This document shows, one piece after another, positions 26,568 to 39,263 of a stretch of 64,000 nt of DNA. Every line of letters begins with the position of its first letter. The first letter of the stretch is position 1. This DNA is from Octopus sinensis (taxonomy: Eukaryota): assembly GCF_006345805.1 (NCBI RefSeq), contig NC_042999.1:89466001-89530000 (forward strand), written 5' to 3'. The position numbers were made by a program, and so were the translations under genes. The notes beneath the pieces were generated by a model. That model ran no database searches. It saw only the letters and a program-made list of their open reading frames with translations, and was not told the origin of the DNA.

Positions 26568-26961
26568 CCTCGTATAAATCAACGATTACACACCCGTTAC
26601 TAAAGGCGTCTTGTGTCTAGACAAAAAGAACTTAATATTTAAGGATTATAAATGATTGATTAAAAATATCCATTATTTAACGGCTTTGTAACGTTTGTCA
26701 ATGTCACAGTAATAACAGAGAGAATATGGGAACCTCTTATTAAAATTTTACTCTGAACATTTATAGCTCTACCGCAAATAGTTATTTCTAAAAACAAAAC
26801 TTCATTAAAATCTCGTACTGGAATACAAACAATCAATTTTTTTACGTAAACGTAACAGCCCTGTTTTTAATGGGGGTTGTGAGTGTGACATTAATGCTGT
26901 TCCCAAGGATAGTGATGATGGTGGATTTTCCTATCTACTTTGAGTAATTTATATAGATATA

Positions 26962-27085
26962 TGTACATACATACATACATACATACATACATACATACAT
27001 ACATACATACATACATACATACATACGTGCGTACATACATACATACATGCATACATACATACATACATACATACATACATACATA
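26962..27085. repeat. (CATA)n microsatellite
   Basis: Direct reading. Confidence 0.98.
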
Positions 27086-27444
27086 ATATATGTGTGTATG
27101 TATGTGTGTAGAAACGAAATTTGTCTAAGCATACTACGGATGAGGCGCTAAGACACAGAAATCCACCGTTGCTGCTGGACGCTTTTCATCTGATACTGAT
27201 GCAATTCTGTGTACAAAGATGCTTTCTTTGAACGAATACCGCAGTGTTGTGGCTTTCTATAATATATCCACGTAAAGTAAAATATACAGACAGCTATTCT
27301 GCACTAATACTAATATATATATACATATATATATATCCCTCCTCCGAAATTGCTGCCCTTCTGCCAAAATTTAAAACTAATATGTCAGACTGAAATATAT
27401 CCGCTATGGACTTTAAAAATATTATTGAAGCAACATGACTATAA

Positions 27445-27850
27445 GCACAGGTTTGGTTATGTGGTAAGAAGCTTGCTTCCCAACGGCAATATTCCAGGTT
27501 CAGTCTCATTCTGTGACACTTTGGGCAAGTGTCTTCTGCTATAGACTCGGGCCGACCAAAGTCTTTTGAGCAGATTTGGAAATTGAAAGAAGCGCATCGT
27601 TTGTCGGGCCGACCAGAGTCTTTTGAGCGGATTTGGAAATTGAAAGAAGCCCATCGTTTATATGTGTGTGTGTGTCTTTCTCTCCTTCCCCACCGCTTAG
27701 CAACCGGTGTTTACGTAACCGTAATTTAGCGGTTTGGCAAAAGAGACCGATAGAATAAGTACCAGTCTTTAAAAAAATAAGTATTGGGTTCGACTCATTC
27801 GCCCCAGTATGGCCGCAGTCAAATGCCTGAAACAAGTAAAAGTTAAAAGA
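27445..27850 (+). mobile_element. SINE family B with internal tandem duplication of about 57 bp
   Basis: tcgggccgacca...gaaagaagc unit present twice (27547-27660). Confidence 0.88.
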
Positions 27851-29335
27851 TCTACTCAATCAAATATATAAACGCTCATTAAGGATTTTTTTCAAAAAAC
27901 AACATCAACTTCAGATTTATAGAATATTTGTAAAATTCAATGATAGCAACCAATCATAAAAGTTATGCGAACTTCACAGAACTTCTGAATATGAAAATAA
28001 AAATAAAAGATGGATTAAAAAGTAGTAAACGAGAATTTATTTGTATTTTTTACTTTTGGGTCGGGTAGTGAATTTTCTATATTTTAGACTAAGGAAGATA
28101 AAATCCTTGAGCTTTGGAACCGCTGGGAGAAATTAAGTATATATCGTTATTCTCGTAGGTTGTTGTGACAGGAATTACTTTATCACATTATAAAATTGTC
28201 CTCACATGCGAGAACATTTGCATCGGAGTGAACACAACTAAAGGTCTTCCGCTTAGTTTCCGACTGAGTCTTTGTCATTCACAAATTTGAGCTCAAACTG
28301 TGTGTGTAGAGAGAGAGCCAGATGAGTGAGAAGTCCATGAACAGTTCCCAACAGTTGATCACGAAACAAATAGTTGTCCATATCAGCTTAAAGATATTAT
28401 ACAGTGATCTGAAGAAATAAATTGCATGGTTTATTACTAAATATTACCTTTGCCGTCTATGCTAAAACACCGTATGTTCACATCCAAAGGCTCATAGAAT
28501 TTAAAAGTCTCATCGAGGTAGTAGTTTTTGCTTCCTCTCTTTACTTTATGCATGATAAAATGATGGCAGCTAAGCCAAAACCATCAAGGTTAGTTGAGAC
28601 AGAAGAGAGGCAACTCAGGTGATTTGAAGTACCTAATCTGATAGCTGACTGCTTTGAATTCCATACCCATCCTGTACTGACGTAGATTTTTGTTCTTTTT
28701 GTTATCTGAGATCATTTTGCATTGCCATGCTGTCTGTGTGTATATACATATTACCGCGTCTTCAGTGTAGTTTGAATGTTGATAAGCTAAAGTATTGAAT
28801 GTTTGAATTTAGATAAGATAAATTATTGAATGCTTGAACGTCAACCTTATTAAATGGATAACGTGTCAACGTCTCGCCACCATCGATCGTAAGATTAATG
28901 TATCTCATAATTAAATCAGTGTTGCTTCATTTTACTTTTGTTACATACCTCGTTCCAAGGAAGGATCAAAGTGGCTGGGGAGCCAGTTTTAAATCATAAA
29001 TAGGTATAAGTACCGCATTTCTTTCAGGATTTTCCACGTCGTCTCACTGGAGCCGCTATAATGAGTGAAAGAAGGTCAAGGAAACCGACTCTTCTCTACC
29101 ACTACCAAGTCTCGTCTCGTAGACGAGGAGAGAACGGCTATTAAAATTTAAATGACATCAATAATCATAAAAGATTTAGAACTTGTATAAAAATTGCCAA
29201 TTGAATAATGTGTTTTCTACAATTTAAAATACAATGTCTCATTACCAGTATTCTTGTTTCCTGTTTTCTTAATATTAATTTTTTAATAGCCTACCGTATT
29301 TCTGAGTTTGTGCGCGTGTAGAGATAAAGCTAAAT

Positions 29336-29370
<35 letters not shown>

Positions 29371-29719
29371 TTCTCCCTCTCTCTTTCTCTCTCTCCCCTT
29401 CCCTCTCTCTCACTCTCTCTATCTTTCCTCTCCCTCAACTACATACATACATACATACATACATACAAACGTGCATAGACTAACGTTTATTAACGCAGTA
29501 AATTACATGCACAATATACCCACTGAACAATTACTGTGGTGCTTTTCTTGTGAAATGACTAGTTTAATAGTTTAATCTCTTGTATATTAAATGTAAAAAA
29601 AAAATCTGTATCCAAGACAAATTACATCTTTCTCAATGCACAAATTCTGAATTTCTTATAAAGATCATTTGGAGATGGGGATGTAGGGCCAAAGGAAGTG
29701 AAGTGGAGTGAAGACTAGG

Positions 29720-29855
29720 TGAAATATAAGACTGCAGTGAAAAGCTCAGTCCTACTAAGTGAGCGACTGGCGTCGGAGAAGCAGTCAGCCGTACCAAAAG
29801 AAAAATATTTGAACACAAAACTTAAGCCTCCAGGCGCGGAAAGAAGATTGTAAGT
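29720..29855 (+). promoter_or_regulatory. Candidate core promoter and first exon
   Basis: TATAAG (29725), TCAGTC initiator-like motif (A at 29748), CpG-containing unique sequence, strong donor ATT|gtaagt at 29849/29850. Confidence 0.35.
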
Positions 29856-30349
29856 AACTTAGACGCAAGCAAGACTAAAAACATAAAGTATATTATCATA
29901 CAAACTTGTGTATTTTGATAGAATCAAAAACCTGTGACATACTACGTTTAGTAAAGTGTTTTTGTTGATCATAAGAGTTAAGTTGAACATGAAGATAAAG
30001 TTGAAGTATTTGAAACTGGTTCAGAAATTAATTGTTCAAAACCAAAAAGATTATTTTGTTTTTCTTTATGAATTGAAAATTTGCTATCATAGTTTTATCA
30101 AAGGGGAAAAAATGTAGTAAAAGAAAGAAACGACTGATTAGTTTAATATTTTCTTCTACCTTATTATCCTTATATTACAAGAAATAATATCATTATCCTT
30201 ACAAGTAACATTATAACAGAGCTTTTAATTTCCAAGTTAGTTCAGCATAACTTTTATAGTCTTTGCTTTTACCGGTTATGCTACCAAACTGAGTAAAGCA
30301 GAAAGTCAAAGTAGATTGCCCGTTACGTGATATGAACTCTCGACTCTTT

Positions 30350-30707
30350 AGGAGTTGCTGTGTGGTAAGAAGCTTGCTTACAACCACATGGTTCCGGGTT
30401 CAGTCCCACTGGGTGGCACCTTGGGCAAGTGTCTTCTACTATAGTCTCGGGCCGACCAAAGCTTTGTGAGTGGATTTGGTAAATGGAAACTGAAAGAAGC
30501 CCGTTGTGTATATGTGTGTGTGTTTGTGTGTCTGTTTATCCCCACAACATCGCTTGACAACCGATGCTGATGCGTTAACGTCCCTGTAACTTAGCGGTTC
30601 GGCAAAAGAGACCAATAGAATTAGTCCTGGAGTGCTCCAGCATGGCCGCAGTCAAATGTGGTGCTACAGCATGACCGCAGTCAAATGACTAAAACAAGTA
30701 AAAGAAT
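30350..30707 (+). mobile_element. SINE family B
   Basis: Same consensus. Confidence 0.9.
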
Positions 30708-31287
30708 AACCCAACAATTTATCAGCTGTCGAATTATAGCATTGACTGATTGGTTTATCGCATTGGATTAAAGGATTTGTAGCGTTTATTTTTTGTCTTA
30801 CAAACATGTTGGCTGACTTTGTATTTCTTCCCGCCAATGTTTAACTCCTCTCTTTCCTCTTCCATAAATCAAGAGGAAAACGCCTTGCAAACTGAAACTT
30901 TGAACTATTTTCCTCGTGCCTTTTAAGACTAAAAGAAATGACGTTTCATAAAACTGGTTCCTCACCTTTTACAAGTAAATGCTTGATTTTGTACAGAAGG
31001 TGTGTTTTGAGTGCGTGTAACAGCACCGGAGAGGAAGGGTTGAGTTTCCAGGGAGCCAAGACTGCATGTCGGTTTCAAGGTTTACATGCCAAATCAAAAG
31101 AAATTGTTTTACTTTCTTTGTAATGAACTCCGTTACATTCCAATTAATTACCAGAAAACATGATTTCACCATCCCAGGACCCATTTGTGATTTCATTTCT
31201 GCAGAAGTAAATTGATATCATATTTTTGTTTTGTTTTTTTTTAAATATTGTTAGTTATTTATTCCCAACACAAGCGTTGGGTCTTTT

Positions 31288-32893
31288 CTGCTGCTGTCGC
31301 AGTTTTTGAAATTTTAAAATTAAGTGAAAATTTTTAAAGTTGGTATATTGATGTAATTTTTCAGGTTGAATATGATTTTGTTATACTCTCTCTTTTACTC
31401 ACTTTTACTTGTTTCAGTCATTTGACTGCGGCCATGCTGGAGCACCGCCTTTAGTCGAGCAAATCGACCCCGAGACTTATTCTTTCTAAGCCTAGTACTT
31501 ATTTTATCGGTCTCTTTTGCCGAACCGCTAAGTGATGGGGACAAAACTAACCAGCATCAGTTGCCAAGCAATGCTAGGGGGACAAACACAGAGACACAAA
31601 CATACACACACATATATACATACATATATACGACGGGCTTCTTTCAGTTTCCGTCTACCAAATCCACTCACAAGGCCGAGGCTATAAGTAGAAGACATTT
31701 GCCCAAGATGCCAGGCAGTGGGACTGAACCCGGAACCATGTGGTTGGTAAGCAAGCTACTTACCACACAGCCACTCCTGCACCTATGCAGAAAATTTTGG
31801 GAAAATATTATAGAAGTGTCAAGTTTGATCAGTTTTACCCAATCAAAAAACAGGGTTTGGAAGCTGGAATTTTTTACGTTGTAGCTGTCTGTCACAATAT
31901 GAAATCAAAAACATTACGACGACGAATTTTTTATTAAATGAAAGCAAAACATTACGACGGCGAACGCTGTAAGAAGTTTCAAAGTTTTGAAACGTTTTAA
32001 TCAATAAAGGTATGTGAAACGGTAGAAAAAGTGTAAAAAGGGAAATTCCTCATTTTTTTTTCCGAGAAATTACAAAAAAAATAACTGTAATAATAGCTCA
32101 GTTCTTGTAATGCATTTTTTTTTGTAGCACAAATTCAAAAACAAAAGCTGAGATACACTCTAGGAGATTCTCAAACAAATAATGATTTTTGGATCTTTTG
32201 TGCCGCTTAACCTCGCAGAGATACTAGTCAACTGTGGAATAATGAGTCCCACAGGATCGTTTATTTCTTTTTTTTTTTTACAGATCCGCGGGCTTTTCAC
32301 TCGTTGCGTGTGAGTATCATCTTTCGAGTAAATAAACTCAACGCTGTGGTTCACTGTTCTATGTCGAAAATTATAACCATCAATTTCAGGAATGTGAAAT
32401 TAGGCACTCCATAGGTCACTGAAAATTGCGGTTCCTCTCGTGTGTCGTGATTCCGACATGACATCGCGTAAGGAAAAACATGCCTGGTCTCGTGACACGT
32501 CCCTCGGAAAACCCACAACTCAGGTAGTACCTTTCCTCGGTTGTTTTTGCGTCTTGAGAAGACTGATTTGTCTATCTCACCAATCTTCCCAGAACCCCCT
32601 ATTTGAATTAGGTTGCGGAGCTGGTACATATTTCACGAACATAGCTGTTGTATTCAGCAGCCGAGCAATGACTCATCCCCAATTCTTCATTACAAAACTG
32701 GACTGAAGTAAATTCTTTGACCCATTAGTAAAGGAAATTTACAAACTTTAAAAGCTATTAACATTTTATAAATTAATTTATGGTAAAAATGAATTTCTCT
32801 TCCATAATTAGCTTACAAAACTACAGCAGTGCACCAAAATTGAAACCAACTCGGATATAATTTTAAAAAATAGAAAACTTTGACAGCAACAGC
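31288..32893 (-). mobile_element. Merlin (IS1016/ISXO2-like) DNA transposon
   Basis: Minus-strand GGSGKIGEIDKSVFSRRKNNRG...WVF and NHS...HTQ motifs. Imperfect TIRs ctgctgctgtcgcagtttt and aaaactttgacagcaacag. Interrupted by a SINE at 31386-31785. Confidence 0.85.
31386..31785 (-). mobile_element. SINE family B inserted in the Merlin element
   Basis: Full-length reverse copy. Confidence 0.92.
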
Positions 32894-34166
32894 ATAGATC
32901 CCAAGTATCCTAGCATTTGGATGATGAAAGTAACAAAAAAGTGTTTGCTACACTCAGGCGGAACACATACAACAAAAGCATCGATTTATCGTTTCCACCC
33001 CCAAGCACACACCCACCCACCTTAATGTCTACATCTTCCGACGGTGTAAATCTCTCTCTCTCTCTCTCTCTCTCGCACACACACACACACACAAACGACA
33101 GGATTCTGCTTACTAAATTCAACTCACAAGGCACTAATCAAACCAAAGTTTTTGTAGAAAGGAGTTCCCCAACGTGCCCTGCAGAGATCAAAACAGGCTA
33201 CGTAACTACGAACTTTCAACTCACACAGCCATGCTTGCTGTCATACTACCTCTAGTTGCAATGATAGATAATTGGACTGCCGAAGGGTCGGCAGTTGCTA
33301 TTGAATAGTTAACATTGTTCAAAACTCCTGGCAAATTATGTCTAAAACAAAAAATATATATATATATATATATAGGCTGTTCAATATTGGAATGAATTTG
33401 ATCATAGATTTGCTCAATAGGAGTTGATCTGGAACTAAATAACGACAATATCACTTAATTTTCTGTATAAAAGAGAGTCGCATTCACTCTTTCACTCCAA
33501 GCACTTAAGCTTTGCAAAGGACTAAAATTACTTGCTCTTCTCTCCATGTCATTTCGCAAACTATATGGATTCACAAGACAAGTATTCTCGTTCCTGCTTT
33601 TAATAATGCAAACACCTGGGTGATAAATAGCAAATTTACAATATTAAAATTTACTTTCAGTTAGTACTTATCGACCAATTTCAGAAAAATAAATGGTAAA
33701 TTCGACCACGGAACTTAACACGATGTAACTTAACTTCGCTAGCCATTTTGTCTGCGATTCAATCGATCTACTACCCGATGTCTTTGTAATTTCACCTCCC
33801 AATAAAGCTAATGTTTTGAGTTCAAATCATTCCATTCATTTCGTTATTTACCATTCATTTAATATAATAATGCATCGTTTATATTATTATACCTAATATT
33901 TTAATTACTTGGCACTCCACCGGTTTTTTAATTCAATAATCCACCAACTGAGACTTTCTTTTGTCATCTTCTTTGCTAGGCTGTTTAAATAGTAATAAAC
34001 AGGTTTCAACTAATTATTACCCTATAATAGACTCTTCACCAGGTTAAACTGGTTATGAACAAAATAATTGAATAGTTAGATTTAATGGTGTATTATATAA
34101 TAAATTAAGCAGAGTTACTTGGAAATTACGTTTATCAGGTTAGTGTTAACATTGATTAGCATTGAT

Positions 34167-34308
<142 letters not shown>

Positions 34309-35056
34309 CTTAACAATTAAGAAAGCATGGACCAAATTGAATTTTCATGTTACTAGAATTAGTATAGCTAGTTACAAAAGCACGTCGAACACTTACCATT
34401 AAGAAACTTATAAACTAAATAATTTGCGAAAATTCTTACTCATTATGTAAGAGGTGAGGACTTTCAAAAAGAGTGAGGTTAAATATTCCTTCTGTTATTT
34501 ATGCACTTCTTGACTATTTTATACAAACCACAAAAAGTAATCTTAGACTAGGATTGCGGTAACTTAACTAAACGTATTGTGTCAATTTTTCTGCAACAAT
34601 AAAACTAATCAATCATATGTTTATCACGCTGATGGCTTCTCAAATTCATAATACTAGATGTAGTAATGTAGCATCTCTTCCTTGGACTTCAGTAACAGCC
34701 AGTTTTGGACCTAAATGGTCAGATCCACTCTTTCTTCTTTTGTGTGACAAATGATCTCCAGTTTTTAGAAATTTTGGCAAAATATAGGTATACTATTAAT
34801 TGCAATATTATAAAACTTTCGGGGTTGGGTTGAACTGAATTGTAAATTAAGGAATAAAATTTAATTTTTAAGGAATACATTCGGAATTAAAGGTCTGGAG
34901 TTTCCTTCTGAGTCCCGTTACATTTGTGTGTGGCGAGTTTATTCAACTGAATAATTAAATACGATAAGCTTTGATACCTTCCCTGCAATAATCTGTCGAA
35001 TCATTTCTTTTTTTTTTTATGTCCTTTTATCAAAGATATCAACGTATAGCAATTCC

Positions 35057-35290
35057 GAAAGGCGGCGAGCTGGCAGAACCGTTAGCACGCCGGACGAAAT
35101 GTGTAGCCGTATTTCGTCTACCGTTACGTTCTGAGTTCAAATTCCGCCGAGGTCGACTTTGCCTTTCATCCTTTCGGGTTCGATAAATTAAGTACCAGTT
35201 ACGCACTGGGGTCGAGGTAATCGACTTAATCCATTTGTCTGTCCTTGTTTGTCCCCTCTATGTTTAGCCCCTTGTGGGTAATAAAGAAAC
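35057..35290 (+). mobile_element. SINE family A, full length, 23-bp TSD
   Basis: agatatcaacgtatagcaattcc at both 35034-35056 and 35291-35313. Confidence 0.95.
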
Positions 35291-35911
35291 AGATATCAAC
35301 GTATAGCAATTCCATACACGCATTTGTTAGTGACATAGCATTTCACTGCCTCTAAATGTTTCTAGTTCCTTGTTCCGTTTACTATTATTAACCGAAGGCA
35401 TACATGTCCACCTTTTCAGTCAATAAGATTTCCCTGAATCTTGAGATTAAGCTCTTAAAATCTCGTAGTACTTAAATGATACCAATGCCTTGAAATACTT
35501 AACTACCCTTTACATTCGCTACACATTCTAGAATTTACTACACCTTAAATATAAAATTGCATCTCGAAAATTGTTTTGCTCATTTGCTTTGTTTTGTTTT
35601 GTTTTTCTTTTTGCTTTTCGTTTTTTTTTTTCATGAAAACAGAAAGTAAATAAATATTGCAGCTTTGGAATGCTATTGATACAATCTAACTTTCAACCGA
35701 GTATCATGCTTATATGTAGTAATTTGAGTATTATTTAAAACAATGAAGAATAACTTGTTTTATTTATATTTATTATTTGTTTATATCTATTCTGGTACTT
35801 GACTCTTTCAGGGCTTGCTCACTGCAATCGGTTCGATGAAGCGTGATCTGTTCGCATTCACTTCTTAGTACTGGGCAATATTATAATATTCTTGTGTACC
35901 GATCTTATGTA

Positions 35912-37280
35912 CAGGGTGCGTAAGATATTTGAGGACAGATTTATGTTTATAAAAAAAAAAACAGCTATACAATAACAGATGAAAACTTTATTTATAAAAA
36001 AATGCTATGAGGAGAAAAACCTTCTTTTCTATAATGTTATTCTATAAAACCACCTTCAGATTCAACAACTACTTCTATATGAGATCTAAATCATCTACAT
36101 GCTCGAATCAGGTGGTCTGATTCATTTTGGACATTACTTTGACTATGGCAGTTTTCAAAGAATATTTGATATTATGGATGTGTTCATTGACCTCTCTCTC
36201 AACAACGCTCTACATGTAATAGTCCAATGAATTGAGATCTGGGGAATTAGGAGACCAAATGTTGGGTTGTGTGATCATGAATATTTTCGGCCATCCATTC
36301 CTGTGTTACTAGAGCCGTGTGTGATAGCACAGAGTCTTACTGAAGCACATATGACCTTCCATTGCATACACTGTCCATCCAGGGCTTAACAATTATTTCC
36401 AGGACCTCGGTGTAGGCGACAGAGTTAACCCTAAGACCTTGTGGAAAGAAGTAAAGAGGCATCACATCGCCTTCATTGCTGACAACCCCTAAAACCATGA
36501 TAGTTGCAGGAAATTTTGTATGCATAACACTTGAAACTTCAAAAGAGTTATAACTAATAATCTATCATTTCTTCTGTTACCTTTTTGATCTTGATCGAAG
36601 TTTTTCTCGTTTGAGAAAAACCAAATCAAATCTTCTGCTGGATTTTTCAGTTTGTTTAAGAACCTTTCAGATCTATGTAGTGATTTTCTTTTGCATTTTC
36701 GGACAAATTGACTTCTCATCATATAAGACTTATATCTGATGTCTTCGTGGACAACATTCCTTCTGACATGGCGATCTTTTGCAATTGACCTCATGAACTT
36801 TCTGGGATTGTAATCAATGGTCTGTTGAACTTGCTGGATAAATTCAGGTGTTCTGAGGATTTCAGGGCGTTTATGCTTTGCTACTGTTCATACGTTTCCA
36901 TATTCAGTCTCCAGCTCCTTACAAACTTTGTAGACGAAAGATCTGGCAACTTTTAAAAATCGAAATATTTCTAAATCACTATGCTCAGCCTTTAAACTAC
37001 AATAACAGCATGCCTCTTCATTTTTAGAGTAAGCTGAAGACGCGACAAAAGTACCATTGGTATTAAAGCTTTCCTTCAGATATGTAATTCTTTCTCCTTT
37101 CACCGAAAAATATGTTTTCCTGAAAAATGTCTTTGCCTGATCATACAATACTCTGATATCATTAGAATATGTAGTCGTTGCTCTTTTGGGGTCAAGTCGT
37201 GTTCCTAAGAGTACATGCTAATACAGATTTTCATGTTATCAAATAAACGGTATGATATTTAAAATTTGAATACTCACCTA
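35912..37280 (-). mobile_element. maT/DD37D mariner-like transposon
   Basis: TA|cagggtg TIR. Transposase motifs FFSNEKNFDQDQK and TKFPATIMVLGVVSNEGDVMP plus the downstream DSA region; frameshifted. Confidence 0.88.
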
Positions 37281-37962
37281 AAAAGCTTCTTTAACATCAT
37301 TTTCTGCTTCACAACTCTGTAAATTTTAACAACCATGAAACTTGACTCCGAAAGGATGAAAGACAAAGCTGGTCGTCAAATTTTGACCTCATGATTAATC
37401 AACAGAAATCAATATTTTATCAACTCCACACAGTATGTTCTTATGTCTATTCTAAAGTGTCTTTTCGAAAATCAGTGTCAAAAAATAAGGTTTTTTGATT
37501 GCTCAAACCAAACAAGTGTGTCAAGTTTCTAATATTTTCCATACAATCCTTAAAAGAGCGTAGGTTTCAAAATAATGATACAAAAATCTGATTATTCGCA
37601 TGTTTATTCTTAACACTTCTAGGCAGGTTTAGGCACGAAGTATGCTGGTTATTGCAGTGTACGTTATAGGATCCTTTGCTTCAAGAACAAACTCGAGAGT
37701 GTAGGCGACTAGCTCAGTAAACTATAAGAAAACGAGCAGAAGGCAACGGGAAAACGCTGCAATATCTTTCCCACGAATAATCATCAATCATCAGGAGGTA
37801 GAGTCAACCAGAATAATCGACGTCCGTAAAACAGTTATGACATATTAAGAGAAAGAGAATTTTACTAAAAAACTGATTTTTCACCCATGGATTTTCCACT
37901 TGTGCCCACTAATTTTATGCATATATTCATGCAGATTTACACACACACATACACACACATTA

Positions 37963-38280
37963 TTCTATTATTTGCTTCAGTCATTTGACTGCGGCCGTGC
38001 TGGATCACCGCCTTCGGTCGAACAAATCGACCCCAAGATTTATTCTTTGTAAGCCTATTATCCTATCGGTCTCTTTTGCTAAACCACAAATTTACGGGGA
38101 CGTAAACACACCAACATCGGTTGTCAAGCGAATGTGGGGAGATAAATACAGGACACAAAACATATATATATGTGTGTATGTATACGACGGGCTTCTTTCA
38201 GTTTCCGTCTACCAAATCCACTCACAAGGCTTTGGTCGGCCCGCGGCTATAGTAGAAGACACTCGCCCAAGATGCCATGC
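37963..38280 (-). mobile_element. SINE family B, 5'-truncated
   Basis: Reverse copy. Confidence 0.85.
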
Positions 38281-38584
38281 AAAGCCATGTTGTTCAGCAG
38301 AAACATGTGTAAGTCATTATGATATGCTGTATGTAACTATAAAATAAATTCTGTGGTTGTACAAGTCTCCTTACTCTTTATTACTAATAATATATACTCC
38401 AGACAATTTTTAATATCCACGAAATTACCCAGCGGAAGAATTCACGAAGTGACTAGCATAAAATTGTAGTCACATACGTTAAAAGTTGATGGTAGTGGTT
38501 AGCTATTAACTGGAACTTAATTGAGAGCTAATACGTTATTCGCCCGGATAATATATCCCTCCAAATTCAGTTAGACATTTCCTT

Positions 38585-38726
38585 CCTCTATGTTTCTGAC
38601 GAAGAGCTCCACTCGAAACGTTAAATCCTCCTTTTTTTCTTTCCTTTCCCGGGCGTCCAATAACACTATGCATGTTCCACGTCCTTGCGTTGTTAGGTTT
38701 TCTCTTTGTTCATGTTTGGATTAACT
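38585..38726 (+). mobile_element. Short non-autonomous Penelope-like repeat, family H1
   Basis: Second copy of 2186-2340. The 3' end runs into (TA)n. Confidence 0.6.
38592..38626 (+). ncRNA. Minimal type I hammerhead ribozyme motif
   Basis: gttt CTGACGA A GAG ctcca CTC GAAA CGTT aaat: intact core, ACGT palindrome, GUU triplet. Same repeat family as 2278-2312. Confidence 0.75.
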
Positions 38727-38800
38727 ATATATATATATATATATATATATAGGGACGACACAGAGGAAGGAAATATATTTGTATTAAGTTCATGTACCAT

Positions 38801-38869
<69 letters not shown>

Positions 38870-38916
38870 AACATACATATATATACACATGCAAGCCAAC
38901 GATGGGGCCTCCAGAT

Positions 38917-39263
38917 CAAGAGTTCTCAATCAGTTTTTGTTTGTGTACCCCTTTGATTACTATTGTTTTGTGGTGGACCTCCATAGCCATTCGATGTTCA
39001 AAACTAGTTTTATAATTACTTGTTTCAAAATTCCTATTTTGTTTTTCATTCATTAACTTGTGTAGGTTGAACTATGTAAAACGTTAGAGAAAGAATCCCA
39101 GCTGTTTCTTGCAATACATACCAATATAGACATTTAAAGCAAAATTTTTCAAGGGCCTTTAGAATACTAATGTAGATCCCCAATTTGCTATTTTACTGCA
39201 TGGAACCCCAAAAATCTTATATGGATCCTCAGGGGCCATACGGACCCCGGTTAAGAACCACTG
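38917..39263. mobile_element. hAT (Charlie-type) MITE
   Basis: TIRs caagagttctcaatc and ggttaagaaccactg; 8-bp TSD ctccagat/ctctagat. Confidence 0.85.

Noticed and set aside
33276-33295. Perfect 8-bp hairpin actgccga-aggg-tcggcagt
   Set aside because: Single occurrence, no downstream CTRR for a Helitron end, and no ribozyme core.
37278-37316. Minus-strand 39-nt micro-exon resembling an EF-hand (EAENDVKEAF)
   Set aside because: That frame ends in TAG, and the apparent donor (actcacc) is better explained as the decayed right TIR of the maT element.
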